From Squalus acanthias (Eukaryota): 64,000 nt of DNA. Positions within the stretch are counted from its first letter, which is position 1. Every line of letters starts with the position of its first letter. Location: the NCBI GenBank assembly GCA_030390025.1, contig CM059433.1, forward strand, positions 32,800,001 through 32,864,000, given 5' to 3'. The notes below the pieces were generated by a model. The model was not told the origin of the DNA and made no database searches. It saw only the letters and a program-made list of their open reading frames with translations. Of the stretch, positions 15,301 through 32,300 are shown piece by piece. Both the position numbers and the translations under genes were made by a program.

Positions 15301-18300
15301 AGAATCAATCACAGGATCAATCCTTGAATCAATCATAGAATCAATCAAAGAATCAATCATAGATTCAATCATCGAATCAATCATAGAAACAAACAAAGGA
15401 TCAATCATAGAATCAATCATAGGATCAATCATAGAACCAATCATAGAATCAATCACAGGCTCTATAACAGTATCAATCATAGAATCAATTGCAACATCAA
15501 TCCTAGAATTAATCACAGGATCAATCATAGAATGAATCATAGATTCAATCATAGGATCAATCATAGAATAAATAATAAGATCAATAATAGAATCAATCAC
15601 AGGATCAAACATAGAATCAATCATAGAATCAATCATAGAATCCCTCATTGAGTCAATCATAGAATCAATCATAGGATCAATCATAGAGTCAATGATAGAA
15701 TCAATGATAAGATCAATAGTAGAATCAATCACGGGATCAATCATAGAATCAATCATTGAATCAAACACAGGATCAATAATTGAATCAATGATAGGATCAA
15801 TCATAGGATCAATCATAGAATCAATCATAGAATCAATCATTGAATCAATCACAAGATCAATCATAGAATCAATCAAAGGTTCAATAATTGAAACAATCAT
15901 AGAATCAATCATACAAGCAATCATAGGATCAATCACAGGATCAATCACAGGATCAATCATAGAATCAATCACAGGATCAATCATAGAATCAATCATTGGA
16001 TCAATCATAGGATCAATCATAGATTCAATCACTGGATCAATCAAAGAATCAATCATACAATCAAGCATAGAAGCTATCATAGAATCAATCATAGGATCAA
16101 TCAAATGATCAATAATTGAATCAATCATAGAATCAATCATAGAATCAAAACTTGAATCACTCATAGAATCAATCATAGAATCAATCAAAGGATGTATCAT
16201 AGGATCAATCATGGGAGCAATCACAGGATCAATCATAGAACCAATCATATAATCAATCCTTGAATCCATCATTGAATCAATAAAAGGATCAATCATAGAT
16301 TCAATCATAGGATCAATCATAGGAGCAATCACAGGATCAATCATAGAATCAATCATATAATCAATCCTTGAATCAATCATTGAAACAATCAAAGGATCAA
16401 TCATAGAATCAATCATAGAAACAAATAAAGGATCAATCATAGAATCAATCGCAGGATCAATCCTTGAATCAATCAAAGAATCAATCATAGAATCAAACAT
16501 AGAACCAATCATAGGATCAATCATAGGAGCAATCACAGGATCAATCATAGAATCAATCACATAATCAATCCTTGAATCAATCATGGAATCAAAGGATCAA
16601 TCATAGAATCAATCACAGAAACAAACAAAGGATCAATCATAGAATCAATCACAGGATCAATCATAGAATCTATCATAGAATCAAACACCGGATCAATAAT
16701 AGGATCAAACAAAAATCAATCATAGTAACAATCACAGGCTTAATCATAGGATCAATCATAGACTCAATCAGGGGATCAATAATTGAATCAATCACAGGAT
16801 CAATCATAGAATCAATCATAGAATCAATCACACGATCAATCATAGTAACAATCACAGGCTTAATCATAGGCTCAATCATAAACTCAATCAGAGGATCAAT
16901 AATTGAATCAATCACAGGATCAATCATATAATCAATCATAGAATCTATCACAGGATCAATCATAGAATCAATCACAAGATTAAATATAGAATCAATCATT
17001 GAATCAATCATAGAATCAATTACAGAAACAAACACAGGGATAGTCATACAATCATTCACGTGATCTATCAGAGGATCAATCATAGAATCAATCACAGCAT
17101 TAATCATAGAAACAATAACAAGATCAATCATAGAATCAGTCACATGATCAATCACAGGAACAATCTTAGAAGCAATCACAGGATCAAGCACAGGATCAAA
17201 GATAGAATCAATCACATGATCGATCATAGAATGAATCATAGGATCAATCACAGGATCAATCATAGAATCACACACATGATCAAACATAGAATCAATCACA
17301 AAATCAATCATAGAATCAATCAGTGGATCAGTCATAGAATCAATCATTGAATCAAACACAGGATCAATCATAGAATCAATCACTGGTACAATCATAGAAT
17401 AAATCACAGGATGAATCATAGAATCAGTCACAGGATCAATCATAGAATCAATCACATGATCAAACATAGAATCAATCACTTGATCGATCATAGATTCAAT
17501 CACATGATCAAGCATAGAATCAATCACAGGATCAATCATCGAATGAATCACAATATAAATCATAGTATCAACCACATGATCAAACATAGAATCGATCACA
17601 TGTTCCATTAAAGGATCAATCTTAGAATCAATGACAAGATCAATCACAGGATGAATAAATGGATCAGCCATAAAATCAATCACATGATCCATCATAGAAT
17701 CAATCACAGGATCAGTCTACAATCAATCGTTGAATCAAACACAGGATCAATCATAGAATCATTCACTGGTACAATCATAGAATCAATCACAGGATCAATC
17801 ATAGAATCAGTCACAGGATCAATCATAGAATCAATCATAGGATCAAGCATAGAATCAATCACATGATCAAGCATAGAATCAATCACAGAATCAATCATAG
17901 AATCAATCACAGGATCAGTCATAGAATCAATCATATGTTCAATCATAGAATCAATCACAGGATCAATTATAGGATCAATAATAGAATAGATCACATGATC
18001 AATCACAGGGTCAATCACATAATCTATCATAGAATCAATCATAGAATCAATCATAGGATCAAACATGGAATCAATCACATGATCAATCACAGGATCAATC
18101 ACATAATCTATCATAGAATCAATCATAGAATCAATCAAAGGATCAAAAATGGAATCAATCACATGATCAATCATAGAATCAATCACATGTTCAATCATAG
18201 AATCAACCACATGATCAATCATAGAATCAATCACATGTTCAATCATAGAATGAATCATCGATCAGTCATAGAATCAATGACAGTATCAATCATTTAATCA

Positions 18301-21300
18301 ATCACAGGATCAATCATAGAATCAATCACAGGATCAATCTTAGAATCGATCACATGAACAATCACAGCTTAATCTTAGAATCAATCACTAGATCAATCGT
18401 AGAATCAACTATAGAATCAATCACAGGATCTATCATCGAATCATGCATAGAATCAGCAATAGAATCCAAGTCGGGATCAAGCATAGAATCCATCACAGGA
18501 TCAATCTTAGAATCAATCACATAATCAATCATAGAATCAATCACATGATCCAGCATAGAATCAATCACAGGATCAATCACAGAATCAATCATAGAATGAA
18601 TCACATGATCAAACATTGAATCGATCACATGGTCAATCACAGGATCAATCTTAGAATCTATCACAAGATCAATCATAGAATCGGTCACATGATCAATCAC
18701 AGGATCAACCATAGAATCGATCACAGGGTCATTCACAGGAACAATCATAGAATCAATCACAGGATCAATCATAGAATCAATCATAGGATCAAACATGGAA
18801 TCAATCACATGATCAATCACAGGATCAATCATAGAATCAACCACATGATCAATCATAGAATCAATCACATGTTCAATCATAGAATGAATCATGCATCAAT
18901 CATAGAATCAATGACATTATCAATCATTTAATCAATCATAGGATCAATCATAGAATCAATCATAGGGTCAATCTTAGATTCAATTAATTGATCAATCTCT
19001 AGATCAATCATAGAATCAGTCACATGATCAAACATAGAATCAATCATAGAATCTATCACAAGATCAATCATAGAATCAATCAGAAGATTAAATATAGAAT
19101 CAATCATTGAATCAATCATAGAATCAATTACAGAAACAAACACAGGATTAGTCATACAATCATTCACGTGATCTATCAGAGAATCAATCATAGAATCAAT
19201 CACAGCATTAATCATAGAAACAATAACAAGATCAACCATAGAATCAGTCACATGATCAATCACAGGAACAATCTTAGAAGCAATCACAGGATCAAGCACA
19301 GGATCAAAGATAGAATCAATCATATGATCGATCATAGAATGAATCATAGGATCAATCACAGGATCAATCATAGAATTACACACATGATCAAACATAGAAT
19401 CAATCACAAAATCAATCATAGAATCAATCAGAGGATCAGTCATAGAATCAATCATTGAATCAATCAAATGATCAATCATAGAATCAATTAGAGGATCAAA
19501 CACAGAATCGATCACATGATCAAACAAAGGATCAATCTTAGAATCAACCACAAGATCAATTATAGAATCAATCGTTGAATCAAACACAGGATCAATCATA
19601 GAATCGATCACATGGTCAATCATAGGATCTATCGTAGAATCATTCATAGAATCAATCATAGAATGTATCACAGGATCAACAATAGAATCAATCATTGAAT
19701 CAAAAACAGGATCAATCACAGAATCAATCACTGGATCAATCATAGAAAGAATCATAGGATCAATCATTGAATCAATCACTGGATCAATCATAGAATCAAT
19801 CATAGGAACAAGCATAAAAACAATCACATGATCAATCATAGAATCAATCACATGATCATACATAGAATCTAACACATGATCAATCTTAGAATCGGTCACA
19901 TGATCAATCACAGGATCAATCTTAGAATCAATGACAAGATCAATCACAGGATCAATCACAGGCTCCATCATAGAATCGATCACATGATCAATCACAGGCT
20001 CAATATTAGAATCAATCACAGGACCAATCATTGAATCTACCATTGAATCTATCACAAGATCAATCATAGAATCAAGCATAGAATCTATCACAGGATCAAT
20101 CATAGAATCTATCACAGGATTAATCATAGAATCAATGATTGAATTAATTGCAGAATCAAATATAGAATCAATCACAGGATCAATCATAGAATCAATCACA
20201 TGACGAATCATAGAATCAATCAGATGATTAATCATAGAATCAATCACAGAATCAATCTTTGAATCAATCACAGGATCAATCATAGAATCAATCACTTATA
20301 CAATTATAGAATCAATCAGAGGATCAAGCATAGAATCAGTCACAGAATCAATCATAGAATCAATCATAAGATCAAGCATAGAATCAATCACAGGATCAAT
20401 CATAGAATCAATCACATGATCAAACATAGAATCATTCACTTGTTCGATCATCGATTCAATCACATGATCAAGCATAGAATAAATCACAGGATCAATCATA
20501 GAATCAACCACATGATCAATCATAGAATCGATCACATGCTCAATCAAAGGATCAATCTTAGAATCAATGACAAGATCAATCACAGGATCAATAACAGGAT
20601 CAGCCATAAAATCAATCACAGGATCAATCATAGAATCAATCACAGGATCAAGCATAGAATCAATCGTTGAATCAAACACCGGATCAATCATAGAATCAAT
20701 CACATGATCAATCATAGAATCAATCATTGAATCAATCATAGAATCAACCACTTGATCAATCATAGCGTCAATCACAGGATCAATCATAGAAACAATCATA
20801 GGATCAATCATAAAATCAATCATAGGATCAAGTATAGAATCAATCGCAGGATCAATCTTAGAATCAATCACATGATCAATCATAGAATCAATCACATGAT
20901 CAATCATAGAATCAATCACATGATCAATCCTAGAATCGATCACATGATCAATCACAGGATCAATCTTAGAAGCAATCATAGAATCAATCTCAGGATCAAT
21001 CATAGAATCAATCACAGTATCTATCATAGAATCAATCACATGATCAGTCATGGAATCAATCACATGATCAATCATAGAATCAATCACAAGATCAATCAAA
21101 GTTTTAATGACATGATCAATCATATAATCAATTAGAGGATCAATCATAGAATCGATCACATGATCAATCACAGTATCAATCTAAGAATCAATCACAGGAT
21201 CAATCATAAAATCAACTGTGCTATCAATCACAGGATCTATCATAGAATAATTCATAGAAGCAATCATAGGATCTATCACAGGATCAACCATAGAATAAAT

Positions 21301-22633
21301 CACATGATCAATCAGAGAATCAATCACATGATCAAACATAGAATCAATCACTTGATCAATCATAGATTCAATCACATGATCAAGCATAGAATCAATCACA
21401 GGATCAATCATAGAATCAGTCACAGGATCAATCATAGAATCAATCTTAGGATGAAGCATAGAATCCATCACAGGATCAATCATGAAATCAATCACATGAT
21501 CAAGCATAGAATCAATCACTTGATCAATCATAGATTCAATCACATGATCAAGCATAGAATCAATCACAGGATCAACCATAGAATCGATCACATGATCAAT
21601 CAAAGGATCAATCTTCGAATCAATGACAAGATCAATCACAGGATCAATAACAGGATCAATCTCAGAATCAATCACAAGATCAATCATAGAATCAACCATA
21701 GAATCTATCACAGGATCAATCATGGAATCAATCATAGAATCTACCACTGGATCAATCAAGGAATCAATCATTGAATCAATGATAGAATCAATTGCAGAAT
21801 CAATCACAGGAAGAATCATAGAATGATTCACATGATCTATCAGAGGATCAATCATAGAATCAATCACAGTATTAATCATAGAATCATTAACAGGATCAAT
21901 CATAGAATCAGTCACACGATCAATCATACAATCGATCACAGGATCAATAGCAGGATCAACCATAGATTCGATCACATGATCAATCACAGTATCAACTTCA
22001 GAATCAATCACAGGTTCAATCATGGAATCAATCATAGCGTCAATCACAAGATCAATCATAGAGTCAATCATAGGATCAATCATAAAATCAATCATAGGAT
22101 CAAGCATAGAATCAATCACAGGTTCAATCTTAGAATCAATGACATTATCAATCAGAGAATCAATCACAGGATCAGTCATAGAATTAATCGTTGAATCAAA
22201 CACAGGATCAATCATAGAATCAGTCACATGATCAAAGTATCAATCTTCGAATCAATGACATGATCAATTACAGGATCAATAACAGGATCAATCATATAAT
22301 CAGTCACATGATCAATCTTAGAATCAATCATAGCATCAATCATAGGATCAATCATAAAATCAATCATAGGATCATGCATAGAATCAATCACAGGATCAAT
22401 CTTAGAATCAATCACATGATCAATCATAGAATCAATCACATGATCAATCATAGAATCAATCACATGATCAATCCTAGAATCGATCACATGATCAATCAGA
22501 GGAACATTCATAAAATCAATCATAGAATCAATCAAAGGATTAATTATATAATCAATCCCAGTATCAATCATGGAATCAATCACAGGATCATTCACAGGAT
22601 CAATCATGGAATCAATCACAGGATCAATCATAG
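12302..22633 (+). repeat. 10.3-kb segmental block D-C-E, copy 1 (copy 2 at 26313-36644)
   Basis: A long series of ORF pairs at offset 14011 (14665/28676, 15073/29084, 16673/30684, 18928/32939, 21181/35192, 22224/36235), locally 14047 and 14071. Confidence 0.95.
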
Positions 22634-25600
22634 TCAATCATAGAATCAATCATAGAATCCAGCATTGAATCAAACATCGAATCAATCTTAGAATCAGACA
22701 TAGCTTCAATGATAAGATCAATAATAGAATCAATCACAGGGTCAATCATAGAATCAATCATAGAATCAATGATAGGATAAATAATAGAATCAATCACAGG
22801 ATCAATCATAGAATCAATCATAGAATCAATCATAAAATCAATCATAGGATCAATCACAGGATCAATAATTGAATCAATCATAGAAACAGCAATAGCATCA
22901 ATGATAGGATCAATAATAGAACCAAGCACAGGATCAATCATCGAATGAATCACAGGATAAATCATAGGATCAATCATAGAATCAATCATTGGATCAATCA
23001 TAGGATCAATCATTGAAGCAATCATAGAATCAATCATAGGATCAATCATAGAATCAATCACAGGATCATTCATAGAATCGATCCTAGAATCAATCACAGG
23101 ATCAATCATTAAATCAATCATAGAATCAATCATAGAATCCAGCATTGAATCAAACATTGAATCAATCTTAGAATCAGACATAGCTTCAATGATAAGATCA
23201 ATAATACAATCAATCACAGGGTCAATCATAGAATCAATCATAGAATCAATGATAGGATCAATAATAGAATCAATCACAGGATCAATCATAGAATCAATCA
23301 TAGTATCAATCATAGGATCATCATAGAACCAATCATCGAATAAATTATAGGAAGAATAATAGAATCAATCACAGGTTCAATCATAGAATCAATCATAGAA
23401 TCAGTCGTAGAATCAATCATAGAATCCATCATAGGATCAATCATAGAATCAATCATAGAATCAATGATTGGATCAATCATAGGATCAATCATAGAATCAA
23501 TCATAGAATCAATCACAGGATCAATCATAGAATCAATCATAGAATTAATCATTGAATCATACATTGAATCAATCACAGGACCAATCATCGAATCAATCAT
23601 ATAATCAATCATAGGATCAATCATAAAATCAATCATAGAATCAATCACAGAATCAATGACAGAATCAATCATAGAATCGATCATGGACTTAATCATTTAA
23701 TCATACATTGAATCAATCTCAGGATCAATCATCGAATAAATCATTGAATCAATCACAGTATCATACATTGAATCAATCTCAGGATCAATCATCGAATAAA
23801 TCATTGAATCAATCACAGTATCAATCATAGAATCAATCATAGAAACAATCATAGAATCAATCATAGAAGCATTCGCAGAATCAATCATGGAATCAATCAT
23901 CGAATCAATCATCGGATCAATCATAGAATCAATCAAGAGCTCAATCACAGGATCTATAATAGAAGCAATCAAAGAATCAATCAATGAATGAGTCCTAGAA
24001 TCAACCAAAAGATCAATCCTAGAGTCAATCACAGAATCAATCATGGAATCAATTAAAGGATCAATCATAGGATCAATCAGGGGACAATCACAGGATCAAT
24101 CACAGAATCAATCATATAATCAATCCTTGAATCAATCATTGAATCAATCAAAGAATCAATCCTAGAATCAATCAAAGAATCAATCAAAGAATCAATCCTA
24201 GAATCAATCATAGGATCAATCCGAGAATCAATCGCAGGATCAATCATAGAAACAATCAAAGAATGGTCATTTAATCAATCATAGGATCAAGCATAGAATC
24301 AATCACAGGATTAAACAGAATAAATCTTAGAATCAATCATAGAATTAATCAAAGGATCAAGCAGTGTATCAATCACAGGATCAATCATAGAAGCAATCAT
24401 AAAATCAATTAACTGATCAATCATAGAATCAATCATAGAATAAATCATAGGATCAATCATAGAATCAATCATGGGATCAATCACAGGATCTATAATAGCA
24501 GCAATCAATGAATCAATCAAAGAATCAATCATAGAATGAATCATAGGATCAATCGTAGAATCAATCACAGGATCAATCACAGGATCAATCATTGAATCAA
24601 TCAAAGAAGCAAACATCGGATCAATCATAGAATAAATCATGGAATCAATCATAAAATCAACCATAGGATCAATCACAGGATCAATAATTGAATCAATCAT
24701 AGAATCACCAATAGCATGAATGATAGGATCAATAATAGAGTCAACCACAGGATCAATCATAGAATCAATCACAGGATCAATCAAAGGATCAAACATAGAA
24801 TCAATCATTGGATCAATCATAGGATCAATCATAGAATCAATCACTGGATCAATAATATAATCAATCATGGGATCAATCACAGGATCTATAATAGAAGCAA
24901 TCAATGAATCAATCAAAGAATCAATCTTAGAATCAATCATAGGTTCATTCCTAGAATCAATCACAGGATCATTCATAGAATCGATCCTAGAATCAATCAC
25001 AGGATCAATCATAGAATCAATCATAGAATCAATCATAGAATCCATCATTGAATCAAACATAGAATCAATCTTAGAATCAGACATAGCATCAATGATAAGA
25101 TCAATAATAGAATCAATCACAGGGTCAATCATAGAATCAATCATAGAATCAATGATAGGATCAATAATAGAATCAATCACAGGATCAATCATAGAATCAA
25201 TCATATAATCAATCATAGGATCAATCATAGAACCAATCATCCAATAAATGATAGGAACAATAATAGAATCAATCACAGGCTCAATCATATAATCAATCAT
25301 AGAATCAGTCGTAGAATCAATCATAGAATCCATCATAGGATCAATCATGGAATCAATCATAGAATCAATGATTGGGTCAATCATAGGATCAATCATAGAA
25401 TCAATCATAGAATCAATCACAGGATCAATCATAGAATCAATCATAGAATGAATCATTGAATCATACATTGAGTCAATCACAGGTCCAATCATCGAATCAA
25501 TCATAGAATCAATCATAGGATCAATCATAGAATCAATCACAGGAATCAATGACAGAATCAAACATAGAATCAATCATGGAATTAATCATTGAATCATACA

Positions 25601-26307
25601 TTGAATCAATCACAGGATCAATCATCGAATCAATCATTGAATCAATCAATTGATCAATCATCGAAAAAAACATAGCATCAACCATAGGATCAATCATAGA
25701 ATCAATCATAGAATCAATCACAGAATCATTCATAGAATCAACCACAGAATCAATGACAGAATCAATGATAGAATCAATGATAGAATCAATCATAGAATCA
25801 ATCATAGAATCAATCACTTGATCAAACATTGAATCAATCATTGAATCAATCATAGAATCAATCATAGAAGCAATGATAGAATCAATCATAGAATCAATCA
25901 TTGGATCAATCATAGAATCAATCACAGAATCAATCATGGAATGAATCATCGAATCAATCATCGGATCAATCATAGAATCAATGATGAGTTCAATCACAGG
26001 ATCTATAATAGAAGCAATCAAAGAATCAATCAAAGATTCAATCCTAGAATCAACCATAGGATCAATCTCAGAGTCAATCACAGGATCAATCATAGAATAA
26101 ATCATAGAACCAATCTTTGAATCAATCCTAGAATCAAACATAGAATCAATCACAGAATCAATCATAGATACAATCAAAGGATCAATCATAGGATCAATCA
26201 GAGGAGCAATCACAGGATCAATCACAGAATCAATCATATAATCAATCCTTGAATCAATCATTGAATCAATCAAAGAATCAATCCTAGAATCAATCCTAGA
26301 ATCAATC
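22609..26307 (+). repeat. Segmental block A, copy 2
   Basis: Near-identical to 372-4070, including the CATAGTCAAT 2-bp deletion and the AAAGAATGGTCATTTAATC landmark. Confidence 0.95.
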
Positions 26308-26312
26308 ATTGG

Positions 26313-29300
26313 ATCAATCACAGGATCAATCATAGAATTAATCATAGGATCAATCATAGAACCAATCATCGAATAAATGATAGGAACAATAATAGAATCA
26401 ATCACAGGCTCAATCATAGAATCCATCATAGGATCAATCATAGAATAAATCATAGAATCAATGATTGGATCAATCATAGGATCAATGATAGAATCAATCA
26501 TAGAATCAATCACAGGATCAATCATAGAATTAATCATTGAATCATACATTGAATCAATCACAGGACCAATCATCGAATCAATCATAGAATCAATCACAGA
26601 ATCAATCACAGAATTAATGACAGAATCAATCATAGAATCAATCATGAAATTAATCAATGAATCATACATTGAATCAGTCACAGGATCAATCATCGAATAA
26701 ATCAGAGAATCAATCACAGAATTAATGAAAGAATCAATCATAGAATCATCATGGAATTAATCATAGGATCAATCATAGAATCAAACATCGAATCAATCAC
26801 AGGATCAATCATAGAATCAATCATAGAATTAATCATTGAATCATACATTGAATCAATCACAGGATCAATCATCGAATAAATCATATAATCAATCATAGGA
26901 TCAATCATAGAATCAATCATAGAATTAATCACGGAATCAATCATAGAATCAATCACAGAATCAATGACAGAATCAATGACAGAATCAATGATAGAATCAA
27001 TGATTGAATCAATCATAGAATCAATCACAGGATCAAACATAGAATCAATCATAGAATCAATCATAGAATCAACCATAGAATCAATCATTGAAGCAATGAT
27101 AGAATCAATCAAAGAATCAATCATTGGATCAATCATAGAATCAATCATAGAATCAATCATGGAATCAATCATCGAATCAATCATCGGATCAATCATAGAA
27201 TCAATCATGAGTTCAATCACATGATCTATAACAGAAGCAATCAAAGAATCAATCAAAGAATCAATCCTAGAATCAACCATAGGAACAATCCATGAGTCAA
27301 TCACAGAATCAATCATAGAATAAATCATAGAACCAATCTTTGATTCAATCCTAGAATCAAACATAGAATCAATCACAGAATCAATCATAGAATCAATCAA
27401 AGGATCAATCATAGGATCAATCAGAGGAACAATCACAGGATCAATCACATAATCAATCATATAATCAATCCTTGAATCAATCATTGAATCAATCAAAGAA
27501 TCAATCCTAGAATCTATCAAAGAATCAATCAAAGAATCAATCCTAGAATCAATCATAGGATCAATCCTAGAATCAATCACAGGATCAATCATAGAATCAA
27601 TCACAGGATCAATCATAGGATCAATAACAGGATCAATCTTAGAATCAATCATAGGATCAATCACAGGATCAATCATAGAATTAATCATAGAATCAATCAC
27701 AGGATCAATCATAGAATCAATCACAGGATAAATCATAGAATCAATCATAGAATCAATCATAGAATCAATCATAGAAGCAATCATAGAATCAATCATAGTA
27801 TCAATCAGATAATCAATCAAAGTATCAATCATAGAATCAAACATAGAATCAATCCTAGAAGCAAACATAGAAACAATCATAGGATCAATCACAGGCTCAA
27901 TCATAGAAGCAATCATAGAATTAATCATAGGATCAATCCTAGAATCAATCAAAGGATCAATCATAGAATCAATCACAGGATCAATCATAGAATCAATTAT
28001 AGAATCAAACACCGGATCAATAATAGGATCAAGCATGGAATCAATCACAGGATTAATCAGAATCAATTTTAGTAATCAATCATAGAATTAATCAAAGGAT
28101 TAAGCAAATTATCAATCACAGGATCAATCATAGAATCAATCATAAAATAAATTAACTGATCAATCATAGGATCAATCATTGAATCAATCAGAGAAGCAAA
28201 CATAGGATCAATCATAGAATAAATCATAGAATCAATCATAAAATCAATCATAGGATCAATCACAGGATCAATAATTGAATCAATCATAGAAACAGCTATA
28301 GCATCAATGATAGGATCAATCATAGAAGCAATCATATAATTAATCATAGGATCAATCCTAGAATCAATCAAAGGATCAATCATAGAATCAATCACAGGAT
28401 CAATCATAGAATCAATTATAGAATCAAACACCAGATCAATAATAGGATCAATCATAGAATCAATCATAGAATCAATCACAGCATCAATCATTGAATCTAA
28501 CATAGAATCAATCACATGATCAATCATAGGATCAATCATAGAATCAAACATCCAATCAATCACAGGATCAATCAGAGAATCAATCACCGGATCAATAATA
28601 GGATTAATCATAGAATCAATCATTGAAACAATCACAGGTTTAATCATAGTATCAATCATAAAATCAATCATAGAATCAATCACATAAAGGATCAAGCAAA
28701 GTATCAATCATAGGATCAATCATAGAATCAATCATAGAATCAATCATAGGATCAATCATAGAATCAATCACAGGATCAACCACAGGATCAATCATTGAAT
28801 CAATCATAGAAGCAAACATAGGATCAATCATAGAATAAATCAAAGAATCAAACATAAAATTAATCATAGGATCAATCACAGGATCAATCACAGGATCAAT
28901 CATAGAATCAATCACAGGATGAATCATAGAATCAATCATTGGATCAAACATAGGACCAATCATAGAATCAATGACTGGATCAATCATAGAATCAATCATA
29001 GAATCAAGCATAGAAGCAATCATAGAATCAATTATAGGAGCAATCACAGGATCAATCATAGAATCAATCATATAATCAATCCTTCAATCAATCATTGAAT
29101 CAATCAAAGGATCAATCATAGAATCAATCATATAATCAATCATAGAATCAATCATAGGATCAATCATAGGAGCAATCACAGGATCAATCATAGAATCAAT
29201 CATATAATCAATCCTTGAATCAATCATTGAATCAATCAAAGGATCAATCATGGAATCAATCTTAGAATCAATCATAGAAACAAATAAAGGATCAATCATA

Positions 29301-32300
29301 GAATCAATCATAGAATCAATCACAGGATCAATCCTTGAATCAATCATAGAATCAATCAAAGAATCAATCATAGATTCAATCATCGAATCAATCATAGAAA
29401 CAAACAAAGGATCAATCATAGAATCAATCATAGGATCAATCATAGAACCAATCATAGAATCAATCACAGGCTCTATAACAGTATCAATCATAGAATCAAT
29501 TGCAACATCAATCCTAGAATTAATCACAGGATCAATCATAGAATGAATCATAGATTCAATCATAGGATCAATCATAGAATAAATAATAAGATCAATAATA
29601 GAATCAATCACAGGATCAAACATAGAATCAATCATAGAATCAATCATAGAATCCCTCATTGAGTCAATCATAGAATCAATCATAGGATCAATCATAGAGT
29701 CAATGATAGAATCAATGATAAGATCAATAGTAGAATCAATCACGGGATCAATCATAGAATCAATCATTGAATCAAACACAGGATCAATAATTGAATCAAT
29801 GATAGGATCAATCATAGGATCAATCATAGAATCAATCATAGAATCAATCATTGAATCAATCACAAGATCAATCATAGAATCAATCAAAGGTTCAATAATT
29901 GAAACAATCATAGAATCAATCATACAAGCAATCATAGGATCAATCACAGGATCAATCACAGGATCAATCATAGAATCAATCACAGGATCAATCATAGAAT
30001 CAATCATTGGATCAATCATAGGATCAATCATAGATTCAATCACTGGATCAATCAAAGAATCAATCATACAATCAAGCATAGAAGCTATCATAGAATCAAT
30101 CATAGGATCAATCAAATGATCAATAATTGAATCAATCATAGAATCAATCATAGAATCAAAACTTGAATCACTCATAGAATCAATCATAGAATCAATCAAA
30201 GGATGTATCATAGGATCAATCATGGGAGCAATCACAGGATCAATCATAGAACCAATCATATAATCAATCCTTGAATCCATCATTGAATCAATAAAAGGAT
30301 CAATCATAGATTCAATCATAGGATCAATCATAGGAGCAATCACAGGATCAATCATAGAATCAATCATATAATCAATCCTTGAATCAATCATTGAAACAAT
30401 CAAAGGATCAATCATAGAATCAATCATAGAAACAAATAAAGGATCAATCATAGAATCAATCGCAGGATCAATCCTTGAATCAATCAAAGAATCAATCATA
30501 GAATCAAACATAGAACCAATCATAGGATCAATCATAGGAGCAATCACAGGATCAATCATAGAATCAATCACATAATCAATCCTTGAATCAATCATGGAAT
30601 CAAAGGATCAATCATAGAATCAATCACAGAAACAAACAAAGGATCAATCATAGAATCAATCACAGGATCAATCATAGAATCTATCATAGAATCAAACACC
30701 GGATCAATAATAGGATCAAACAAAAATCAATCATAGTAACAATCACAGGCTTAATCATAGGATCAATCATAGACTCAATCAGGGGATCAATAATTGAATC
30801 AATCACAGGATCAATCATAGAATCAATCATAGAATCAATCACACGATCAATCATAGTAACAATCACAGGCTTAATCATAGGCTCAATCATAAACTCAATC
30901 AGAGGATCAATAATTGAATCAATCACAGGATCAATCATATAATCAATCATAGAATCTATCACAGGATCAATCATAGAATCAATCACAAGATTAAATATAG
31001 AATCAATCATTGAATCAATCATAGAATCAATTACAGAAACAAACACAGGGATAGTCATACAATCATTCACGTGATCTATCAGAGGATCAATCATAGAATC
31101 AATCACAGCATTAATCATAGAAACAATAACAAGATCAATCATAGAATCAGTCACATGATCAATCACAGGAACAATCTTAGAAGCAATCACAGGATCAAGC
31201 ACAGGATCAAAGATAGAATCAATCACATGATCGATCATAGAATGAATCATAGGATCAATCACAGGATCAATCATAGAATCACACACATGATCAAACATAG
31301 AATCAATCACAAAATCAATCATAGAATCAATCAGTGGATCAGTCATAGAATCAATCATTGAATCAAACACAGGATCAATCATAGAATCAATTACTGGTAC
31401 AATCATAGAATAAATCACAGGATGAATCATAGAATCAGTCACAGGATCAATCATAGAATCAATCACATGATCAAACATAGAATCAATCACTTGATCGATC
31501 ATAGATTCAATCACATGATCAAGCATAGAATCAATCACAGGATCAATCATCGAATGAATCACAATATAAATCATAGTATCAACCACATGATCAAACATAG
31601 AATCGATCACATGTTCCATTAAAGGATCAATCTTAGAATCAATGACAAGATCAATCACAGGATGAATAAATGGATCAGCCATAAAATCAATCACATGATC
31701 CATCATAGAATCAATCACAGGATCAGTCTACAATCAATCGTTGAATCAAACACAGGATCAATCATAGAATCATTCACTGGTACAATCATAGAATCAATCA
31801 CAGGATCAATCATAGAATCAGTCACAGGATCAATCATAGAATCAATCATAGGATCAAGCATAGAATCAATCACATGATCAAGCATAGAATCAATCACAGA
31901 ATCAATCATAGAATCAATCACAGGATCAGTCATAGAATCAATCATATGTTCAATCATAGAATCAATCACAGGATCAATTATAGGATCAATAATAGAATAG
32001 ATCACATGATCAATCACAGGGTCAATCACATAATCTATCATAGAATCAATCATAGAATCAATCATAGGATCAAACATGGAATCAATCACATGATCAATCA
32101 CAGGATCAATCACATAATCTATCATAGAATCAATCATAGAATCAATCAAAGGATCAAAAATGGAATCAATCACATGATCAATCATAGAATCAATCACATG
32201 TTCAATCATAGAATCAACCACATGATCAATCATAGAATCAATCACATGTTCAATCATAGAATGAATCATCGATCAGTCATAGAATCAATGACAGTATCAA